A DNA stretch of 64,000 nt from an uncultured bacterium (GTDB lineage: Bacteria > Fermentibacterota > Fermentibacteria > Fermentibacterales > JCC-6). The stretch spans positions 11,170-75,169 of the forward strand of contig CAYLRO010000006.1 in NCBI GenBank assembly GCA_964386635.1, written 5' to 3'. The position numbers and the translations under genes were made by a program. Under the pieces are notes generated by a model, which was not told the origin of the DNA, did not search any database, and saw nothing but the letters and a program-made list of their open reading frames with translations. Positions 17,989-26,718 of the stretch are shown here, piece after piece (the first letter of the stretch is position 1; each line of letters starts with the position of its first letter).

Positions 17989-20278
17989 AAAAGCAGTGAG
18001 ACCGGAAGTTCTTATAGCACTTCTGGCAACACTCTACTGCATTACTCCCATACACAACGGAAACATCTTCTGGCATCTCCGCAACGGGCTGGACATTCTG
18101 GAAACCGGCGAGGTAAGAACAACAGATCCCTTCACATGGACAAGGCAGGGTGTCTGCTGGATTCAGCATGAATGGCTTGCTGAATCTGCAATGGCTTTTT
18201 CCTGGCAGCACCTGGGCGAGGCGGGACCTGTTCTGCTGAAAGCCCTGTTTATCGGACTTTCCGTTTTCTTTGCCGCAAGAGCAGGGGTGAAAAACGGTGG
18301 TTCTCCTGCGTTTGTCTTCATTTTCGGTGCCATGTGGCTGGTACTGGCGCAGCCAAGATGGATAGCCAGACCCCATTTTTTTAGCATTTTTTTCTTCTCG
18401 CTGTATCTCTACATTCTTTCTCTGGGCCTGAAAAAACCATGGAAACTTGCTCTGGTGCTTCTCCCGGTCCAGATTCTGTGGGTGAATGTCCATGCAGGAT
18501 TTGTCATGGGAATATTTCTTGCATCGGTCCCTGCTATTGACCGGATTCTGTCAGGAAGACTGAAAGAAGCTGCATCCTGGATAATACCTCCTTTTGTTCT
18601 TCTTCTTGCCAGCGGAATACACCCGAACGGATACAGAACCCTGGAGTATCTGCCTGCGTTTCTGGCTCAGCCTCTTTTCAAGGAATCCATAAGAGAGTGG
18701 TGGAGCCCGTTCGACCCGAGGTACGCACCTGACAAGGCTGTTTCCAGAACTGCTGTTCTTTTCCTGTCACTCACGGGAATAACAACAATCCTGCTGATTG
18801 CCTTCAGAAAGGTTATCAACAAAGGCAGAACAGCAGCTCTGCTGATACTTTCTGCAGCCACGGTTTTTGCAGCCCGGAATGGAGAGCTGCTTGCACCTGC
18901 CATGATGGCCTGGATCCCGGGGATGGTCAGGATACGGTTGCCGGGTAAGGCTTTAATACTTCCGGCTCTTTTTCTGCTGCTGATTCCGTTTACATACGGA
19001 ATTCCAAGGGAGATCGGTCCACCAAGAGAGCTTGGTGCCCGGGTAGACTGGGATGTATACCCTGTGGCACTGGCAGACCTTCTGGAAAGCAATCCCTGTC
19101 TGATGGAAAATGCCGTGCTTTTCAATACCAATGAAGTTTCCGGATACCTGGAGTACCGATTCGGGGAAAGACTTCCTCTGTTCGTAGACGGAAGATGCCT
19201 GCTTTTCCCGGAGGGTTTTCACCGTGAATACCTGGTACTTGCCGTTGCACCGGATGCCAGTCACAGAATGGAACAGTACGAACTGTTCAGACAGTACGGT
19301 TTCAATCTTCTCATATACAATTCATGGGACAACGCTTCTTCCGTTCAAATAGCGGCTATGCTCCCTGAATTCAAACCTGTGTTCATTGATGGACTGGTTG
19401 CAGTTTATGCTTCAGAGGATCTGCTGGCGGCATGTGATGCAGAATCTCTTGCATACCATTATTTTGATCCCATTGATCCAGGAGAGTTTCTTGCAAAACC
19501 CCTCTATATGATGCCTTCAGGAGCTGCGGAAGAAATACTGAGGCTGAAAGATCACTACAGCACACAAACCATGGAAACCATAGCCACCGGGCTTCTGTTC
19601 CGAGGAGATTCATCCGCAGTTCTCCCGCAGATGAACTATTCAGGCATCACAGGATACACACTTCTATGCTGGGAATCCTGCAGAGAAGGCGATCTTGAGA
19701 AAGCAGCTGAGTACGCTGCTCTTTCCGGTGACAGTCAGCTTCTTACAGCAGTAAGATACCTCCAGGGCAACTGGCCTGATGATAACGAATCCATGCTGGG
19801 TTTTCACGGTGGAATTGACCAGACGCCTGTGAATATGAGAACAGCGCTGATTACATCACTGTGGACAACCGGCCAGGAGCAGAGAGCCCTGCAGTATGCC
19901 AGGGTGAATCAGGACTCACTCAGTGGCTGGTGCCTCTCGCAGGTTGCACTGTTTCAGGCCCTCACCGGCAATATGGAAGAAGCACTTGAGCTGTCGGATA
20001 TGGCCCTTGAAACCGGTAGAGGACCTGTAATCCTTCAAAGAGCTGCAGCTGTTGTTTCCATTCAGGGAGACTACGGACAGGCAATTGAGTATTGTAGGGA
20101 AGCCCTGGCCATAGCTCCGGGGTTTACAGGAGGAAGGCTGCTGCTGGCAGACTGCCTCTGGAATGAGACCAGATTGAGTGATGCCGCAGACCAGTACCGG
20201 TACATACTTGACCGCGGTACTGATCTTCCTGAATATGCATCGAACAGACTAGAACTTGTGATGTCTATAGATAACTGA
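17966..20278 (+). CDS. Large polytopic membrane protein with C-terminal TPR domain; putative GT-C-like glycosyltransferase
   Basis: 770 aa. N-terminal ~330 aa has multiple TM helices. Acidic first-loop motif LDILETGEVRTTDPFTWT. C-terminal TPR-like repeats. Overlaps the previous gene by 23 nt. Confidence 0.6.
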   Translation: MRISEIFRKAVRPEVLIALLATLYCITPIHNGNIFWHLRNGLDILETGEVRTTDPFTWTRQGVCWIQHEWLAESAMAFSWQHLGEAGPVLLKALFIGLSVFFAARAGVKNGGSPAFVFIFGAMWLVLAQPRWIARPHFFSIFFFSLYLYILSLGLKKPWKLALVLLPVQILWVNVHAGFVMGIFLASVPAIDRILSGRLKEAASWIIPPFVLLLASGIHPNGYRTLEYLPAFLAQPLFKESIREWWSPFDPRYAPDKAVSRTAVLFLSLTGITTILLIAFRKVINKGRTAALLILSAATVFAARNGELLAPAMMAWIPGMVRIRLPGKALILPALFLLLIPFTYGIPREIGPPRELGARVDWDVYPVALADLLESNPCLMENAVLFNTNEVSGYLEYRFGERLPLFVDGRCLLFPEGFHREYLVLAVAPDASHRMEQYELFRQYGFNLLIYNSWDNASSVQIAAMLPEFKPVFIDGLVAVYASEDLLAACDAESLAYHYFDPIDPGEFLAKPLYMMPSGAAEEILRLKDHYSTQTMETIATGLLFRGDSSAVLPQMNYSGITGYTLLCWESCREGDLEKAAEYAALSGDSQLLTAVRYLQGNWPDDNESMLGFHGGIDQTPVNMRTALITSLWTTGQEQRALQYARVNQDSLSGWCLSQVALFQALTGNMEEALELSDMALETGRGPVILQRAAAVVSIQGDYGQAIEYCREALAIAPGFTGGRLLLADCLWNETRLSDAADQYRYILDRGTDLPEYASNRLELVMSIDN

Positions 20279-20302
20279 CAGTAGAAGAAGGAAGGATGTC
20301 TT

Positions 20303-21844
20303 ATGTCTATGAAGACAACAGTTAATGATTTCCTGCACAGGGTGCAGAAGCTCTTCAAGGGCGGCGGCGAAGTCGCTCTGGAAAAACAGAAAAGCAGAGG
20401 CAAACTCTCCGCCCGTGAAAGGGTTGATGAAATACTGGACAACGGATCTTTCCTTGAAACAGATCTATTTGTAGAACACTCCGCCACGGATTTCGGCATG
20501 GACTCCAAGAAACTGGCAGGAGACGGTGTTATAACCGGTTACGGGAAAGTCAGTGACAGACCGGTGGCCATCTTTGCTCAGGACTTCACTGTTGCCGGCG
20601 GCTCACTGGGAAAGGCTCATGCTGCCAAGATAGTCAAGATCATGGATGGAGCCTGCAACAGAAAAATACCTCTTCTGGGAATTAATGACTCCGGCGGTGC
20701 CAGGATACAGGAGGGGGTTGACTCTCTCTGCGGGTATGGAGAAATCTTCTACAGAAACACAAAACTCAGTGGTGTTGTTCCCCAGCTTTCACTGATACTC
20801 GGACCCTGTGCCGGTGGCGCTGTTTACTCCCCGGCACTTACAGACTTTGTGTTCGTAGTGAACAGGATTTCCAACATGTTCATCACAGGACCTCAGGTTA
20901 TCAAAACAGTTCTTGGTGAAGACATCAGCCAGGAGGAGCTTGGCGGAGCAAAAACCCACACCTCAGTGACCGGTAATGCTCATTTCTATGCTGAGACTGA
21001 ACAGGAAGCATTTTCCCAGATAAAGGATCTTCTCAGCTATCTCCCGGAAAACTGCCTGGAAGCCCCTCCTGAAAAGGATCCAGCCCCACCTCTTAAAGGC
21101 ATCTCTCATGACCTGATTCCTGATAACAGGCGCAAGGCCTATGATGTGGTAGATGTTGTAAAAGGCGTTGCCGACAGAAGCAAATTCCTCCAGGTGCATG
21201 AAAACTATGCCAAAAACATAGTGGTGGGATTTGCGAGAATTAATGGAAAAACAACAGGTGTTGTCGCCAACCAGCCAAGGTATCTTGCTGGTGTTCTGGA
21301 TGTTAATGCTTCAGACAAAGCAGCCAGATTCATAAGATTCTGCGATTCCTTCGGAATACCTCTCCTCACCTTTGTTGACACTCCGGGATACCTTCCCGGT
21401 GTAGACCAGGAACACCAGGGTGTTATCAGACACGGAGCAAAACTTCTTTATGCATACAGCGAGGCAAGCGTCCCGAAGGTCACAGTAATAATGAGAAAGG
21501 CCTACGGCGGAGCTTACATTGCCATGTGCAGCCGTCATCTCGGGGCAAGCAGCGTTATAGCATGGCCAACTGCAGAGATAGCTGTAATGGGAGCAGAAGG
21601 AGCCGCAAATATTGTCTTCCGTAAGGAAATCGCCTCAAGCGATAACCCCGATGAAACCAGACAGGAAAAAGTCAAAGAGTACGAGGACAAGTTTGCAAAT
21701 CCATATGTCGCTGCTTCAAAAGGTTATGTTGATGTTATTGTTGAACCGGAAAGAACCAGGGAAGTGGTAATCCAGGCTTTCGAGTTTGCAGGCGAGCAGG
21801 ACCACGGTAATTCCTTCCGCCGCCACGGAAACATTCCGCTGTAG
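20303..21844 (+). CDS. Acyl-CoA carboxylase carboxyltransferase subunit (methylmalonyl-CoA decarboxylase alpha / propionyl-CoA carboxylase beta / transcarboxylase 12S family)
   Basis: 513 aa. The N-terminus (…KGGGEVALEKQKSRGKLSARERVDEILDNGSFLE…) and overall architecture are typical of PccB/MmdA carboxyltransferases. Confidence 0.85.
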   Translation: MSMKTTVNDFLHRVQKLFKGGGEVALEKQKSRGKLSARERVDEILDNGSFLETDLFVEHSATDFGMDSKKLAGDGVITGYGKVSDRPVAIFAQDFTVAGGSLGKAHAAKIVKIMDGACNRKIPLLGINDSGGARIQEGVDSLCGYGEIFYRNTKLSGVVPQLSLILGPCAGGAVYSPALTDFVFVVNRISNMFITGPQVIKTVLGEDISQEELGGAKTHTSVTGNAHFYAETEQEAFSQIKDLLSYLPENCLEAPPEKDPAPPLKGISHDLIPDNRRKAYDVVDVVKGVADRSKFLQVHENYAKNIVVGFARINGKTTGVVANQPRYLAGVLDVNASDKAARFIRFCDSFGIPLLTFVDTPGYLPGVDQEHQGVIRHGAKLLYAYSEASVPKVTVIMRKAYGGAYIAMCSRHLGASSVIAWPTAEIAVMGAEGAANIVFRKEIASSDNPDETRQEKVKEYEDKFANPYVAASKGYVDVIVEPERTREVVIQAFEFAGEQDHGNSFRRHGNIPL

Positions 21845-21857
21845 GGAGGAGCAGGTT

Positions 21858-22157
21858 ATGTCGAAAGAGAAGCTCAACATAGACGACACACTGTATGAAA
21901 CCAGTATCCCTGAAAACTATAAAGCCAGATGGGCAGCACCAGATGTCAGGCTTGTTAAGGCTTTCATTCCAGGAACCATTATAGAAGTGAAGGTAAAACC
22001 TGGAAACAGGGTTGCTGAAGGCGATATTCTTCTCATCCTTGATGCAATGAAGATGTACAATGAGATTGCCTCACCGGCTGCAGGTACAGTAGCCGAGGTT
22101 GCTGTTGAACCTGGACAGCGGGTGGAAAAGAATCAGCTGCTTATCAGACTTGAGTAG
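21858..22157 (+). CDS. Biotin carboxyl carrier / biotin-requiring subunit (MmdC or transcarboxylase 1.3S-like)
   Basis: About 100 aa from the ATG at 21858 (MSKEKLNI…), preceded by GGAGGAGCAGG. Biotinyl-lysine motif ILDAMKMYNEIASP. The track's 123-aa version starts inside the upstream gene. Confidence 0.8.
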   Translation: MSKEKLNIDDTLYETSIPENYKARWAAPDVRLVKAFIPGTIIEVKVKPGNRVAEGDILLILDAMKMYNEIASPAAGTVAEVAVEPGQRVEKNQLLIRLE

Positions 22158-22180
22158 CTGAAAGCATCCTGATGCTTAAA

Positions 22181-22210
22181 GCCCGGGCATTTCTGCCCGG
22201 GCTTCTTATC
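22181..22210. terminator. Rho-independent terminator after the carboxylase operon; stem is palindromic so it may act for both convergent genes
   Basis: GCCCGGGC-ATTTCT-GCCCGGGC perfect 8-bp stem followed by TTCTTATCT on the plus strand. Located 24 nt after the stop at 22155-22157. Confidence 0.7.
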
Positions 22211-22230
22211 TATGAACCGACTAATAACTT

Positions 22231-22350
22231 TACCTCAGCGACTCAGCCTTGCCAGTCTTACGACTGGGAGCGTAAGGTTTGCTACCGCAGTGATTCAGCT
22301 TGCCAGTCTTACGACTGGGAGCGTTTTGCTACCTGAGTGACTCGGCTTTT
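22231..22350. repeat. Approximately 48-bp tandem repeat (2.4 copies), each unit containing a CCAGTC-TTAC-GACTGG hairpin
   Basis: Unit 1 TACCTCAGCGACTCAGCCTTGCCAGTCTTACGACTGGGAGCGTAAGGTTTGC. Unit 2 TACCGCAGTGATTCAGCTTGCCAGTCTTACGACTGGGAGCGTTTTGC. Partial unit 3 TACCTGAGTGACTCGGCTTTTGCC. The last unit overlaps the 3' end of the minus-strand TPR gene. Confidence 0.7.
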
Positions 22351-23591
22351 GCCATAGCGTCCATGGCCTGCTGATTCCTGCCAAGGGTGCTGTAGGTCTG
22401 TGCAAGGTACTCGTAGTAATCTGGATTGTCATCCACATACTGAATGGCATTCTGGATTGCCTGGAGAGCATCACTGTCTTTCTCCAGCCTGATGTAGTTT
22501 GCATAAATCATGTACCAGGCATTGCCGTACTCTTCAGCTGCAAGACCATCTTTGTCAGCGAGCTGCATCATAACTTCGATGGACTGGTTGTAGTTCTCCA
22601 TGATGAAATTGGCATGACCGATCATGGCAAGAACCTGGTAGGTATCACCGAGAGTTGCACGGCACTCCTCGAGAGCCTGAATACCCTCGTCGTATCTTTC
22701 CATCTCAATAAAAGTAAAGCCCCTGGTAAGCATAACACTGGCTCTCATTGAAGATGCATCTTCTTCTGATATCCAACCCTCATCAACACCATTCTGAATA
22801 GCTATAAGAGCGTCATCGTAAATACCCAGAGCTTCATTGAACTGCTCGGAAAGGATGTAGAACTCAGCAAGTCCGGTCATCAGGTCGGCGCTTGAGGGAT
22901 CGATTGCCAGAGCCTGAGAATAGATATCCACAGCCTGAGCCATGAATTCATCTGCTTCTTCAACAGTTTCAGCATTCATGTAGAAATTCTTCAGGATGGA
23001 ACCTGAGTTGAATGATGAGAGAACAACGCTTGCGCGCATTCTGTCAATCTCATCCATAATTGGTTCGGGATCAAGGCTTACCTCAAGGGTAGCCTGCAGT
23101 GCTTCAATCTGAGCTACAGCAAGGTCAATAGAGGTTTCAAAACCGACAAGTGCCTGTTCGTACTCATGGTTATTCAGGGCAATGTCACCAATAAGCTGAT
23201 CAAACTCAGGACGGCTTGGAACAATGCTCTTACCAGTCTCAAGCATGCTCATTGCGTCATCAATTCTTTCATCCTGAACATATGTAGCTGCTGTGTTGTA
23301 AAAAGCAGGCCAGTAGCTTGTAAGATTGGCGCCAATTGCAGGATCCAGCTCGTAAGCCTTCATGAAAGACTCAGCGGCACCTTCCCAGTCGCGCATCATG
23401 CTGTATGCTCTTCCACGCCAGTACCATACCTCAGGATTCTCACCTTCTCCGCCGGCTATTACACTGTCAGCGAGATGAATGGCATCCTGATACTCACTGT
23501 TCTGGATGTGTACTTTTATCCCTGTTACTGCAGGTGATGAGCAGGCAGCTGCCAGCAGCAGAACCGCAATTGCAGGAGCCAGTATTTTCAT
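22329..23591 (-). CDS. TPR-repeat lipoprotein
   Basis: Likely start MKILAPAIAVLLLAAACSSP (lipobox). The rc ATG at 23589-23591 is preceded by GGAGG. Multiple TPR-like repeats (…AYELDP…, …ALAIDP…). The track's longer ORF starts upstream at 23666. Confidence 0.7.
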   Translation of the reverse strand: MKILAPAIAVLLLAAACSSPAVTGIKVHIQNSEYQDAIHLADSVIAGGEGENPEVWYWRGRAYSMMRDWEGAAESFMKAYELDPAIGANLTSYWPAFYNTAATYVQDERIDDAMSMLETGKSIVPSRPEFDQLIGDIALNNHEYEQALVGFETSIDLAVAQIEALQATLEVSLDPEPIMDEIDRMRASVVLSSFNSGSILKNFYMNAETVEEADEFMAQAVDIYSQALAIDPSSADLMTGLAEFYILSEQFNEALGIYDDALIAIQNGVDEGWISEEDASSMRASVMLTRGFTFIEMERYDEGIQALEECRATLGDTYQVLAMIGHANFIMENYNQSIEVMMQLADKDGLAAEEYGNAWYMIYANYIRLEKDSDALQAIQNAIQYVDDNPDYYEYLAQTYSTLGRNQQAMDAMAKAESLR

Positions 23592-23761
23592 AAGGTTCAA
23601 ATCAATCCTCCATTCAGACAATAATCGTGTATTAAGAAAAAATGCCAGCAGGCACATTACCTGCAAATCTGCTTAAAAAATCAATTGAAGTCAACTCTGG
23701 AGGGACTTGACCTCAGGGCTTCTTTAATGCAGAATGTTGGGTTGCCATGGAGGTATAAACT

Positions 23762-24199
23762 GTGAACTGCTTTCTAATACCGTTTCTTTTGTGGAGAGGC
23801 ATTCTCTTTGCTCTGCCGGATGAGGTTCCGCCGCCTTCTCCAGGAGAAAGAATTGCACATGTAAACATTGAAGAACAGGTAATTGTTTTCCTTGAGGGCG
23901 ACAGAGAGGCGAATCTGGCAATTGTTTCCACTGGCAGTCCGCCCAGGCACTCAACTCCCAGAGGTGAATTCGAGATACTCTACAAAAGGTGGGCACCTGT
24001 TTCCAGTACATACAGAGTAAGAATGCCTTACTGGCAATGTCTTGAGGAAAGCGGAGCAATCGGTCTTCACCAGGCATCCCCAGGGGTGGAACACAGGCTT
24101 GGTGAAGCTCTTTCACACGGATGCGTCAGATTGGGATTTTTTACAGCCAGATGGGCCTACTACTGGCTTCCTGTGGGAGCCCGGGTAATTATTGATTAA
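23762..24199 (+). CDS. L,D-transpeptidase (YkuD domain) protein
   Basis: 145 aa. Catalytic motif SHGCVRL near the C-terminus. N-terminal hydrophobic segment. Confidence 0.7.
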   Translation: MNCFLIPFLLWRGILFALPDEVPPPSPGERIAHVNIEEQVIVFLEGDREANLAIVSTGSPPRHSTPRGEFEILYKRWAPVSSTYRVRMPYWQCLEESGAIGLHQASPGVEHRLGEALSHGCVRLGFFTARWAYYWLPVGARVIID

Positions 24200-24201
24200 C
24201 C

Positions 24202-25239
24202 TCAGGTCAGTTCCGGTTTCTCTCTCTCCAGTTTTTCTACAACACCCTTGATCTTCTGGGATTTCTCATCTGCCATAACCAGAGTAACTCGATCTGTTGT
24301 TACCACACACAGATCACTGACACCAACCAGCACTGTCAGGCGACCGGTTTCATCAAATACCATTGTATTGGAACAATCCATTTCCAGTTTCTCTCCTGAA
24401 GAGACACCGGCCTTCTTGGCTCCGGGCCAGTCACCTATGTCGCTCCAGCTGAACTCTGCAGGAACAATAACTGCCCTGCGGGTTTTCTCCATTACTCCGT
24501 AATCAATTGATTGCGATTCAAGAGCTCCGTAAACTTCTGCCGGCGGAGAAGTGCTGTCGTCCATATTCTGCAGTGCTTTAAGAAGATCAGGCATGTACCT
24601 GCCGAGTTCTTCAAGGAAAACATCAGCTTTCCATATGAACATGCCGGAGTTCCAGAGGAATTCTTCTGAAGCAACATATTCAAGGGCAGTCGCAGCATCC
24701 GGTTTCTCTCTGAAGGTTTTTACCTTCCAGCCTGGTGAGATCTCCTCACCCTTCTGGAGATAACCGTAACCTGTTGCAGGGTGATCGGGAGGTATCCCTA
24801 TAGTGCAGAGATAACCCTGCTCTGCAAGGGTCACCGCTTGTCTGACAGTACTCTCAAAACCGCATTCAGGCTCTATCAGATGATCGCTGGCTGCTACAAC
24901 CATAACAGCATCACCGCTGCCTCTTCTTCTGAGTGTTTCAGCCGCCCAGCCTATACACGCTGCAGTATTCCTGCCCACAGGTTCCAGAAGAAGATTCTTC
25001 CTGTCCAGCAGCGGAAGCTGTTTTAAAACTGTGCTGCCGTGCTCTGCTCCGGTTACAACAATAACATTCCCAGGTGCAGCAAGATTCCTGAACCTTCGGG
25101 CAGTGATCTGTATCATTGTACCTTGACCAATCAGCTCCATGAACTGCTTCGGTCTGGCCTTCACTGACGCCGGCCAGAATCTTGTGCCTCTGCCTCCGGC
25201 CATGATCACCGGGAATATATTTTCACCGCTCATTCTCAA
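24202..25239 (-). CDS. manC: Mannose-1-phosphate guanylyltransferase
   Basis: 345 aa. N-terminal IFPVIMAGGRGTRFWP nucleotidyltransferase motif. ManC/GMP-like length. Confidence 0.85.
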   Translation of the reverse strand: MRMSGENIFPVIMAGGRGTRFWPASVKARPKQFMELIGQGTMIQITARRFRNLAAPGNVIVVTGAEHGSTVLKQLPLLDRKNLLLEPVGRNTAACIGWAAETLRRRGSGDAVMVVAASDHLIEPECGFESTVRQAVTLAEQGYLCTIGIPPDHPATGYGYLQKGEEISPGWKVKTFREKPDAATALEYVASEEFLWNSGMFIWKADVFLEELGRYMPDLLKALQNMDDSTSPPAEVYGALESQSIDYGVMEKTRRAVIVPAEFSWSDIGDWPGAKKAGVSSGEKLEMDCSNTMVFDETGRLTVLVGVSDLCVVTTDRVTLVMADEKSQKIKGVVEKLEREKPELT

Positions 25240-26005
25240 TCCTCACTATCCAGGTCTCGCCGCTGGTTTTCAGCTCTCCTCCATCAGCGGAGAAATAACA
25301 CTTTCCGGTGCTGTGGGCATACGTAATTTCCATAGGCGCCAGATGAACAGTACCGGCACCTGTATTTCTCAGAGAATAGTCTTCCGTTGAAAGAGGAAGC
25401 TTCACGATTTTTTCTGCTTTGCCCTGACTGCTCCAGTCAATGGCAGCAAGACCCTTCTCTGTATGAAGTTCTCTTTGGTTACCCCTGGAATCACGCCTGC
25501 CGTAATCCCAGAGCCTGTAGGTGATGTTGCAGTTGAGTTGTACCTCAAGCACGGTAAGTCCACCACCCAGGGCATGAATCGTACCGGCAGGAAGGTGAAA
25601 AAGATCCCCGGGTTCAGCCGGGAAAGACAGGAGCAATTCTTCCACTGATCCCTGCTTCACAGCTCCGGCGAACTCTTCTGCAGATATCCCCTCTCTTATT
25701 CCGTGGAGAATTCTGCCACCCCCTTCAAGTACTGCCCAGGATTCATCCTTTACCGGATATATTCTGTTTTTACCCGGGTGAACCTGCACTGAGAGATCAC
25801 GCCTGGAATGAAGGGTTTTCAGGATTAAAGGAACCTTCCCCCGGGGGAAAAATGAAGACAGCTTTTTCTCTTCACCGGTATCGCTCCGCAGGATGGTTTC
25901 ACTGCAGAACAGCCATATCTCCCCTACGGGATCGCCATTATCCCTGCAGGAAGGAAGAGAACCCCAAATCCGCTCTACTCTTACAGGAAGACACTCCCAG
26001 ATCAC
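25223..26005 (-). CDS. Type I phosphomannose isomerase-like cupin protein
   Basis: 260 aa. LSVQVHPGKN motif matching the zinc-binding QVHP of class I PMI. Adjacent to manC. Confidence 0.7.
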   Translation of the reverse strand: MIWECLPVRVERIWGSLPSCRDNGDPVGEIWLFCSETILRSDTGEEKKLSSFFPRGKVPLILKTLHSRRDLSVQVHPGKNRIYPVKDESWAVLEGGGRILHGIREGISAEEFAGAVKQGSVEELLLSFPAEPGDLFHLPAGTIHALGGGLTVLEVQLNCNITYRLWDYGRRDSRGNQRELHTEKGLAAIDWSSQGKAEKIVKLPLSTEDYSLRNTGAGTVHLAPMEITYAHSTGKCYFSADGGELKTSGETWIVRIENER

Positions 26006-26715
26006 AAAATCCTCGCAATCTCTATAAACCTTTTCATTATATCCGGTCCTGTGGAATCCCGCTCAGGATGCCACTGAACGCCTAAAACTCTGCGGTCATG
26101 GCTTTCAATGGCTTCAATGAGACCATCGGGACTTTCAGCGCAGACGCTGAATCCTTCAGGGGCTCGGGAAAGAACCTGATGATGGCAGGAGGATACACTT
26201 GCAGAATTACCAAGAATATCATGCAGAAGTGTTCCATGCTCCATTGTAACCCGATGTACTAAAGGCTTGCGGTCTGCTGTCTCATGTTCAATATGCTTTT
26301 CCACTCCGGAATCAATATCCTGTATCAAAGATGCTCCGTGAACAATCCCCACAAGCTGCATTCCAAGACAGATCCCCAGAACCGGTATGTCAAGCCTCCT
26401 GGCAGCTCTGTACAGGTCCATATCCCAGCCGGGTCTTTTAATCCGGGGATTTCTGCTGCCCTGGTCCTTCTGCCGGAAAAGGGACGGATCCGGATCGCCG
26501 CCTCCGGAAAGAATGAGCATATCGCAGTTCTCAAGAAGAATCTCATGAGAAGCGTTGTGAACAGGTATAATCCCCCGGGGAATAACACCTGCTTCAGCCA
26601 GCATGTCTATGTATGATCTGTTAAGGCAATATCTATATTCTCCGTAAATATCCTGCTCAGATACACCGTATGGCTCCCACACCATGGAGACCGCAGCGGT
26701 CAGCGTTCTGTTCAC
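26002..26715 (-). CDS. Class I glutamine amidotransferase-like hydrolase (peptidase C26 / gamma-glutamyl-GABA hydrolase family)
   Basis: 237 aa. GATase1 nucleophile elbow LGICLGMQL. HPE near the C-terminus (VQWHPERD). Confidence 0.75.
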   Translation of the reverse strand: MNRTLTAAVSMVWEPYGVSEQDIYGEYRYCLNRSYIDMLAEAGVIPRGIIPVHNASHEILLENCDMLILSGGGDPDPSLFRQKDQGSRNPRIKRPGWDMDLYRAARRLDIPVLGICLGMQLVGIVHGASLIQDIDSGVEKHIEHETADRKPLVHRVTMEHGTLLHDILGNSASVSSCHHQVLSRAPEGFSVCAESPDGLIEAIESHDRRVLGVQWHPERDSTGPDIMKRFIEIARIL

Positions 26716-26718
26716 CTG

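Noticed and set aside
22158-22360. Considered whether the tandem-repeat region could be a short CRISPR array or a tRNA
   Set aside because: There are only about 2.4 units with no unique spacers of regular length and no cas genes nearby. There is no cloverleaf-compatible sequence or GTTCRA T-loop motif. It is kept as an unexplained tandem repeat instead.
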